From IMG/VR virus record IMGVR_UViG_3300028591_000008, positions 32,001 through 96,000 of that record: 64,000 nt of DNA; one strand, written 5' to 3'. Made by a program: the position numbers and the translations under genes. This DNA is from a virus (lineage: Duplodnaviria > Caudoviricetes). The notes beneath the pieces are model-generated. The model saw nothing but the letters and a program-made list of their open reading frames with translations. It was not told the origin of the DNA and did no database searches. Below, in pieces: positions 58,003-64,000 of the stretch. Position 1 is the first letter of the stretch. The number at the start of each line of letters is the position of its first letter.

Positions 58003-58313
58003 AGTCTTACTTTGTTTATAGAGAAAGTAGCAATAAGGGTTGGACAATTTGCCCAGTTCATACAGCTTTTTTAGGTGAAGATTTATCTAAATCTATTAAC
58101 GGTAGCTTCGCGCTTCTTGCTTGTAGAGTTAGCGGGCTTAGTTGGCCTCAGTGGTTGCGCTATTGTAGGCAAAATGGGGCCGCTTTATATGGTAAGGGAC
58201 ATAAATATCCTGTTGCTATTTGGAAGGAACCAAATAAAGAATTTCTTAATATGCTTAACGCGCGGGCGAATGAACTTGCGAAAGTAATAAATTTTGAGGA
58301 GTTGCATCTTTAA
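57999..58313 (+). CDS. Hypothetical protein
   Basis: ATGA overlap with upstream gene; AAGGA RBS. Confidence 0.65.
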   Translation: MKSYFVYRESSNKGWTICPVHTAFLGEDLSKSINGSFALLACRVSGLSWPQWLRYCRQNGAALYGKGHKYPVAIWKEPNKEFLNMLNARANELAKVINFEELHL

Positions 58314-58471
58314 TGAATAAAGAGATCTTTAAAAAGACCGGCGAAGAACTTCAAGAGTTTTTGGCTTTTCGTAAGCGCGGTTCGAAGATAAAAAATAAGA
58401 AAGGTAAGGGGTCTTACGATAGGCAAGATTTTAAGAAAGGAGAATAGAAAGATGAGGGTAATCTTTCTTGA
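58313..58471 (+). CDS. ArfA-like alternative ribosome-rescue factor (ends 58447 if TAG stops)
   Basis: FLAFRKRGSKIKNKKGKGSYDR matches the ArfA KGKGSY-R signature; GAGGAG RBS. Confidence 0.6.
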
Positions 58472-58499
58472 TGTCGATGGAATCATTTTTCTGTAGTAA
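58452..58499 (+). pseudogene. Truncated 5' copy of HAD gene (MRVIFLDVDGIIFL)
   Basis: AAGGAG RBS; HAD motif I, then stops just before the homing endonuclease. Confidence 0.7.
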
Positions 58500-58550
58500 T
58501 AATTCATAAGTGTTACTTATTAGTAGAAGAAATAGTTGGAGGTAACATTT

Positions 58551-59384
58551 ATGGGATATATTTATAAGATTACCAATACCATTAATAATAAAATTTATAT
58601 AGGTTAGACACGTTATACCATACAAAAACGTTGGACTGAGCATTGTTCTGTTTATAATAAATTAGACTATCCTTTATATAAAGCTATACGGAAATATGGC
58701 TAGGATAATTTTATAATCGAAGAAATAGAACAAATTTCAGATGAATTGCTAAATGAACGTGAAATTTACTGGATTGATTTTTATCATTCATACGCACCAT
58801 TAGGGTACGGTTATAATGTAACTCTTGGTGGCGAAGGTAATAGATTATATGAACAAAAGTAGATTTATGAAATGTGGGATAATGGGTTGTGTATAACAGA
58901 AATTAGTGAGTAGACTGGTGCCGATCGTCATGTCGTAACAGATATCCTTAAGAGTTATAAAAACTATTCTATTGAAGAGTCTGAAAAACGTGGTCATGAA
59001 TTTTTATGGAGCAAACGTGGCAGAAAAGTAAATCAATATGATTTAAAAGGTAACTATATAGCAACTTTTAATAGTCTAATGGATGCTCAAAGACAAACGG
59101 GTGTAGCATAGAAAAATATTTTTTGGGTTGTTTCTCATAAAAGTTATAGTGCTGGTGGATATCAATGGAAGTATATAGATGATGACTTTATAATTACAGA
59201 TATTTCTTCTAAAACTATCCGTCAAAAATAGCCGGTAATATAGTTAATTAATGGTGAAGAAAAAGAATATGAATCAGCAGCAGAAGCCGCAAGGTAGACA
59301 GGTATAAACGCTACTTGCATTAGAAAAGTCTGCCAAGGTAAATAGAACTCTGCTGGTGGATATATGTGGAAATATAAAAAGTGA
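58551..59384 (+). mobile_element. GIY-YIG homing endonuclease with NUMOD1 repeats (TAG read-through)
   Basis: MGYIYKITN...YIG[TAG=Q]T, GYNVTLGG and two SAGGYxWKY NUMOD1-type repeats; lies between two copies of the HAD gene start. Confidence 0.85.
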
Positions 59385-59397
59385 GGTGATGCGGTCC

Positions 59398-59863
59398 ATG
59401 AAAGTTATTTTCTTGGACGTTTAGCGTCGATGGAGTATTAAATAATCGTCACACTCGTACAAGAACATCTGATGGTTGGTGTTTTGTAGATGATAGACTT
59501 GTCGCGCGGCTTAGAAGACTTATTAATCAAAGTGGTGCGAGAATTGTGCTTAGCTCTACTTGGCGCGAAGGCTGGCATCAAGAAGATGAGTCTAAGAATG
59601 ATATTTCTTTTATTGAGCTTAGGGATAAGTTTAATCAGTTTGGTATTGAAATTTTTGATCGAACTAGTGAAATGCGGCAGCATAGATGGCAATCAATTCA
59701 AGAATATTTTGAACGCCCGCGTGAAGACCCAATTGAACATTATGTAATTATAGATGATTGGGACGATATGGGTCAATATAGTGACCACCTTGTATGGACA
59801 AATCCTTCTACTGGTTTAACAGAAGCAGATGTGCAAGAAGCTTTAAGAATTTTGGAGATTTAA
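59398..59863 (+). CDS. HAD-family phosphatase (RNA-repair 'Swiss Army Knife' type), interrupted by a 7-nt insertion at motif I
   Basis: MKVIFLDV in frame 0, then VDGVLN...IVLSSTWR...YVIIDD...GLT in +1 frame; GAGGTG RBS. Confidence 0.7.
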
Positions 59864-59866
59864 AAT

Positions 59867-59895
59867 TTGATTTTTCTCAAAATTTATTGTATAAT
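59867..59895 (+). promoter_or_regulatory. Sigma70/SigA-like promoter of tRNA region
   Basis: TTGATT-N17-TATAAT. Confidence 0.6.
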
Positions 59896-59930
59896 ATATA
59901 TGTAAGATGAAGAAAGGAGATAAATCAAAA

Positions 59931-60038
59931 ATGTTTGATGATTTTGATACTGAGATTCAGGCTGATGAAATTAATTGGGAAGAATATCAGGATTGGCTTA
60001 GATGGGTTTATAGTGGTCAGTCTAATGAAGATACTTAA
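59931..60038 (+). CDS. 35-aa acidic peptide
   Basis: AGAAAGGAG RBS; MFDDFDTEIQADEINWEEYQDWLRWVYSGQSNEDT. Confidence 0.6.
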   Translation: MFDDFDTEIQADEINWEEYQDWLRWVYSGQSNEDT

Positions 60039-60111
60039 TGCTATGGTATAACGGCTATTATATCGGATTGTCTCTCCGAGGATCGGGGTTCGATTCCCCG
60101 TAGCATTGCCA
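60037..60111 (+). tRNA. tRNA-Asp(GTC)
   Basis: AATGCTA/TAGCATT acceptor stem, TT-GTC-TC loop, GGTTCGATTCC, CCA. Confidence 0.88.
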
Positions 60112-61190
60112 GCCGGTGTCCTGACACCACGGGACCCGAAAGATAAAGAATGTGGGCGCGGAGCTTGTAGGTATGGCGCGAGACGGGCTTAAACCTTCTG
60201 GTGTTAAAAGAACATCATTAATTCTGGTGTCTAGACACAGATAAAATCTTTTCGTAGGTGTGCTATCACCTATCGTTAGGCGGTGGACATGTCTGGGAAC
60301 TTAGCAAACCCTTGCCGCAATAGGGCAGATAGTGGAGTAGAAATCCGGCCACTTAAAATATTGGGGAGAGCAGATTAGCCATTCTGTGAAATAAAAATGG
60401 ACTACTCTAAGGCGGAGACCCATTAGAGTATAAATAATTTTTGGATCTGACCTGATCGTAGGCGAACGATGTCACAAAGAAGTCGCTAAGCACTGGTGAA
60501 CGCTTTGACTTCCACCCATTATTTGCCAATTCTATCTGTTGCCGCGGATAGTGAGGAAACGGCAATTTCCAAAAACGTATAGGTGACGCGTTATAGGTCA
60601 TCCGGACACCGCGCCCGTTGAGGCGGGAAGTGCTGGTAAGTTGTCCATAACACCAGACACCAGAACATAAGGGCATATGGAATGGTAACAACTGGACGTT
60701 TGCAAACCTGGAGACGTGGGTTCAAAGCCCTCTCTGGCCGCGAATAGGCTTGAAACCTAGGGCTGGATAGCTTAAGAGGATTAGAGCGCCAGGTAAATAT
60801 GGGAGTCGCATAAAGGGAACCTGCACGTGGTGGCTCCTGCCTAGTGGAATGGGATAGAATCCGCTAGCTGATGCCCTTAGGTATGGTAGAAGAGATTCTA
60901 TCTACTGCTCAACTACATAGACACTTGCTGGACGTCCCCAGCCTGACGATGTAAATTGATTGAAGTTAGATACAACAGTAACTAAGCGCGCGTCAAATTT
61001 CGGCTATAATTAGAGAGTGAGCCGTGGAAAAGTGTCACATACCGTTTCGTCCCTTCGTTCTACTTGGTTACGAAATAAAATGAAAATGAGCAGAAGTAGA
61101 CTTGCGCGGAAGCGTGATGTAAGCCGCAATATAAATTCATCATGCTGTTGGCGCAAGAGCTGGGAGTGCGCCATATAAATTAATCAGCAT
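60112..61190 (+). ncRNA. Candidate large structured ncRNA(s)
   Basis: About 1.1 kb, GC-richer, no credible ORF; many hairpins and long-range pairs (GCCGG/CCGGC, AAGGGCAT/ATGCCCTT, GGTATG/CATACC). Confidence 0.45.
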
Positions 61191-61196
61191 ATATAT

Positions 61197-61271
61197 GCTC
61201 GGTTGGTCAAGTGGCTAAGACGTCGCCCTTTCACGGCGGAAGCATGGGTTCGATCCCCATATCGAGTACCA
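61197..61271 (+). tRNA. tRNA-Glu(TTC)
   Basis: GCTCGGT/ATCGAGT acceptor stem, CT-TTC-AC loop, CCA. Confidence 0.92.
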
Positions 61272-61290
61272 TATCGCCCCAGCGATATAA

Positions 61291-61537
61291 AATATATGGG
61301 TAGTGAGAAGAAAGCATGGATTTTTCGGTTAAACTACCGCCGGCGGCGTGCGTAATAGGCGTTGATATGTGGCAGATTTGTGGTTTGGCAACTCACTATA
61401 ATAAAATACAAGCAAAGTAAACCGAAATTATTCTTTGGAGGATTGATAGTTATGAAAGTAGTGAAAAATCTCCAAAGCGAGGACACGCCAATTGGCTAAT
61501 CCTCAACCTGGGTAAGTTGTAAAACTGCCTATATATT
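61291..61537 (+). ncRNA. Candidate structured ncRNA, about 245 nt
   Basis: 13-bp closing helix AATATATGGGTAG/CTGCCTATATATT; internal TTTCGGTT/AACCGAAA and TTTGGAG/CTCCAAA stems. Confidence 0.4.
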
Positions 61538-61611
61538 GCGGGGTAGAGGAGTGGTTCCTTACTAGCCTCATAAGCTAGAGACGCTGGTTCGAATCCAGCC
61601 CCACGCAACCA
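61537..61611 (+). tRNA. tRNA-Met(CAT), bulged acceptor stem
   Basis: CTAGC-CT-CAT-AA-GCTAG anticodon arm, GGTTCGAATCC, CCA. Confidence 0.85.
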
Positions 61612-61792
61612 TTTGTTTCAACCTCCTTTCTTTACTTTTGTTAAGACTCACTTAAGGGAACTATTTCACTGATAGAGACGAAAATCTATCGGCGGTGGAA
61701 ATAGCTGTGAGAATATACACTACCTATTTTATATAATTGAATAAGTAGTATCTGAGTAAAGTAAGATATTATTTATTCAATTATATAAATTA

Positions 61793-61903
61793 AAGGCACA
61801 CACAGCAATTTTCTTTTAAAAGAATATTAGCATAATGGTAATGCATTTGTTTTTGGTACAAACTATACGGTTCGAGTCCGTAATAACTCTTTTATTGTGC
61901 CTT
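61793..61903 (+). ncRNA. Wrapped tRNA-Gln(TTG)-like element without CCA
   Basis: AAGGCACA/TGTGCCTT outer stem + ACAGCAA enclosing D arm, TT-TTG-GT anticodon arm and GGTTCGAGTCC T arm. Confidence 0.6.
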
Positions 61904-61909
61904 GTATAT

Positions 61910-61983
61910 GGGCTTGTAGGCTAATGGGAAACTTCGTCCTTTGCACGGATGGGTTGTGAGTTCGATTCTCACCAGGTCCACCA
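61910..61983 (+). tRNA. tRNA-Ala(TGC)
   Basis: G3:U70 pair, TT-TGC-AC loop, CCA. Confidence 0.92.
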
Positions 61984-62244
61984 GTGCGCGTAGCTTTGAG
62001 ATCATGCACAACTACTAAAAATCCTTTTGCCAAAGGTATTGCTACACAACTTTGGAGGTCTAAATGGTTACTCGTAGCCACTATGCGCGAGGTTAAATAT
62101 AAGTCATAGTGTAAGTCGAATGAAGTCGAGGATACTCATAGAATGGTATGAGGATGTGAGATAACGGAGGCGACTCTCACAGGTGAGCTGGTCAGTGCGG
62201 CGTTGCAGAAAGCTCACATTAATAAAAACGGGGCTGCCGCAAAT

Positions 62245-62321
62245 GGTCTCTTCTTCTAAATGGATAGGAAGCCGGCCTCTCAAGTCGGTAATTGTGAGTT
62301 CAAATCTCCAAGAGATCACCA
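62245..62321 (+). tRNA. tRNA-Glu(CTC)
   Basis: GGTCTCT/AGAGATC acceptor stem, CT-CTC-AA loop, CCA. Confidence 0.85.
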
Positions 62322-62323
62322 TA

Positions 62324-62417
62324 AAGATACATACAGCAAATCGTAAATAGTGTTTTGGTTACACAACTTGTCTGTAAAACAGGTCGAAGCGGTTCAAATC
62401 CGTATTTTATGTATCTT
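62324..62417 (+). ncRNA. Wrapped tRNA-Tyr(GTA)-like element without CCA
   Basis: AAGATACAT/ATGTATCTT outer stem + ACAGCAA enclosing D arm, CT-GTA-AA anticodon arm and GGTTCAAATCC T arm. Confidence 0.6.
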
Positions 62418-62423
62418 GTATAT

Positions 62424-62500
62424 GCGAGGTTAGCGCAACTGGTTAACGCATCTGCCTTACAAGCAGAGGATTCTGAGTTCAAGTCTCGGGCTTCGCACCA
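62424..62500 (+). tRNA. tRNA-Val(TAC)
   Basis: TCTGC-CT-TAC-AA-GCAGA anticodon arm, CCA. Confidence 0.92.
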
Positions 62501-62930
62501 AACGAAAGCAACCGGCCGGCTATAGGTTGTGAGTAGATCCCTGCACGCCCAACATTAGAACGGCGTACCACGCAGGGTTTTTGTTATAGACGGCAGCTTG
62601 ACTGTGCGTCGTGGCATTGAAGCAAATGACGGAATCAGCGTCCGTACATTTATGGAGCCATGAATGAGGGTTAGACAGTTTCCACAGGCTGATGTAGGGG
62701 AAACCTGAAAGAAAATGTCATAGGAAGTAGGGCTGTGAAAGGCAGCTAGTGCGAGCCTCCCGCACGAACGAAAATTAGATAGGTTCGGCCACCCTGAAAT
62801 GAAAGACCCGACTCCATATGGGGCAGTCCTCGGAGGATAAGCATCCGGATTAAAAATTTAGTTTATCATTTATTAATGAAATTTGCTAAGCGCGTGTGCC
62901 CTACTGGTGAGACCGGTCCCTCCACTAACA
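62501..62930 (+). ncRNA. Candidate structured ncRNA(s)
   Basis: GC-rich, ORF-free; TATGGAG/CTCCATA and AGGGT/ACCCT helices close a domain of about 170 nt at 62651-62818. Confidence 0.4.
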
Positions 62931-62933
62931 CGT

Positions 62934-62965
62934 TAACACTCTCTTATGAGAGTGTTATTTTTTTA
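62934..62965 (+). terminator. Intrinsic terminator of tRNA region
   Basis: TAACACTCTC-TTAT-GAGAGTGTTA followed by a T-run. Confidence 0.8.
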
Positions 62966-63032
62966 TTAAACTTGATTTTTTATAAAATTTAGGGTATAAT
63001 ATATATGTAAGATAAAGAAAGGGGTAATAAAA

Positions 63033-63350
63033 ATGCTCAAGCTTTGGATTGATGATATGCGCCGGCCGCCCTCCGATGGTTGGCTTTGGATTAAGACAGT
63101 TAAAATGGCTAAATCTGTTATTTGGTACTATGAGCATCAATATCAGGATGATACTATTATGATTGATCTCGATCATGATGCTGGCGATTATGCCAAGGAT
63201 GGTGGCGACTATATTGAGATTCTGAATTGGCTTGAGCGTGAGGGTATCGTTGATACTGGTTACTTCTTTCATATTCATAGTCAAAATCCAGTCGGGATAG
63301 AAAATATGCGTCGTATTATTGAACATAATAACTGGCGAGAAATAAGGTAA
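63033..63350 (+). CDS. Cyclic-phosphate-processing receiver-domain protein
   Basis: LWIDDMRRPP, IDLDHDAG and HIHSQNPVG motifs; promoter at 62972-63000. Confidence 0.7.
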   Translation: MLKLWIDDMRRPPSDGWLWIKTVKMAKSVIWYYEHQYQDDTIMIDLDHDAGDYAKDGGDYIEILNWLEREGIVDTGYFFHIHSQNPVGIENMRRIIEHNNWREIR

Positions 63351-63424
63351 TTAAAATTTTATAGAGATATGCATACTATGTTACTTATTAATAGAAGGAA
63401 ATTCATAGTATGGAGGATGCTAAA

Positions 63425-64000
63425 ATGCCTAAAAAAATTGATTTAATTGGATAGAGATTCGGTTCTTTATTAGTAATAAAACAAGCCCCTAATATAATTA
63501 CACCGAATAAAAGAAGTCATGTGGCATGGGAGTGTTAGTGTGACTGTGGGAATAAAATAATAGTTCGTTCTGATTGTTTAAGAAATGGTCATACTGTATC
63601 TTGCGGGTGTAAGAAAAAAGAAGTTTTATTATCTGCAGGCCATAATAGATTAATAGATTTGACTGGACAGAGATTTGGTTATTTAACCGTTATAGAGAGT
63701 ACTGATTAGCGTAGTTCTAAAGGTGAAGTAAAGTGGAAGTGCCAATGTGATTGTGGTAATATTGTTTATGTTACTTCGAGTAATTTAAGGCGAGAAAAAG
63801 GAGGAACAATTTCTTGTGGATGTAAAAAATCTAAAGGGGAAGAAAAAATTACTTAGATTTTATTAAATTTACAAATTCCTTTTATTATTTAGAAAAAATT
63901 TGACGATTGCATTTTTCCAGATACTGGGAGAAATTTAATTTTTGATTTCTTTTTACCAGAACAAAATTTATTAATTGAGTATGATGGTATATAGCATTTT
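63425..64000 (+). CDS. Putative homing endonuclease: two Cys-rich DNA-binding repeats + DUF559-like nuclease, 3' end outside window (TAG read-through)
   Basis: Two DLxG[Q]RFG...WxC[Q]CDCGN...SCGC repeats, then SKGEEKI...FDFFLP...LIEYDGI[Q]HF. Confidence 0.75.

Noticed and set aside
58482-59425. Group I or II intron around the GIY-YIG gene
   Set aside because: Only about 70 nt and 40 nt of flank, no recognisable P7 or domain V core, and no U/G splice boundary that restores the frame.
60671-60741. tRNA-Ala/Cys-like sequence inside the non-coding tract
   Set aside because: It has T-arm-like and TTTGCAA loop-like parts, but the acceptor and anticodon stems do not pair and there is no CCA.
60112-61190. 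tmRNA or RNase P RNA
   Set aside because: No tmRNA acceptor ends and no GAGGAAAGTCC/P4 signature.
60037-62500. Amber suppressor tRNA(CTA) and tRNA-linked HDV-like theta ribozyme, expected in code-15 phages
   Set aside because: No CTA anticodon and no P1/P2/P3 HDV topology found 3' of any tRNA by eye; they may lie outside the window.
60929-62712. Hammerhead-like CTGA words (60943 CTGACGA, 61669 CTGATAGA, 62689 CTGATGT)
   Set aside because: Each lacks either the full CUGANGA or the properly placed GAAA and stems.
62838-62925. Twister-like fragments (AAGC..CCGGATTAAAA, CCGGTCCC)
   Set aside because: Order and pairing do not fit any twister permutation I can build.

Overview
A 64 kb segment of a large, AT-rich tailed dsDNA phage, probably of an anaerobic Firmicutes host (inferred from gene content, GGAGG ribosome-binding sites and TTGAC/TATAAT promoters). 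The phage reads TAG as glutamine (genetic code 15): dozens of ORFs fragmented in the supplied track become full-length genes when TAG is read through, and TAG falls at conserved Gln positions. Layout: 3' part of a large tail protein gene (+, 1-3717); a minus-strand nucleotide-metabolism and replication block (RuvC-like resolvase, dUTPase, NCS2 nucleobase permease, deoxyribosyltransferase, PT-repeat lipoprotein, FTR/NrdG/NrdD/NrdH, DnaE, RecJ, primase, DnaB, AAA ATPase, SSB-like, GyrA/GyrB, pyrimidine-dimer glycosylase); a mosaic tail-fibre/adhesin cluster (30-44 kb); an uncharacterised four-gene Gln-rich/ferritin-like cassette; GT2, kinase and ligase; a membrane-anchored GIY-YIG nuclease plus UvrD; lysis genes; ClpP and PhoH; and a translation/RNA-repair island. 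That island holds an ArfA-like peptide, a homing-endonuclease-split HAD gene, six canonical tRNAs, two wrapped tRNA-like RNAs and several structured non-coding tracts. The most unusual signals are: (i) a 7-nt GTT-TAG-C insertion in the HAD active-site codons next to a homing endonuclease, which a Val-to-Val ribosomal hop would repair exactly; (ii) single N-terminal amber codons in otherwise TAG-free genes; (iii) ACAGCAA-wrapped, CCA-less tRNA mimics; (iv) a phage ArfA-like factor; (v) strong excess of GCGGCCGC/CGGCCG words. All calls were made by eye without database searches, and coordinates of read-through genes were counted manually.
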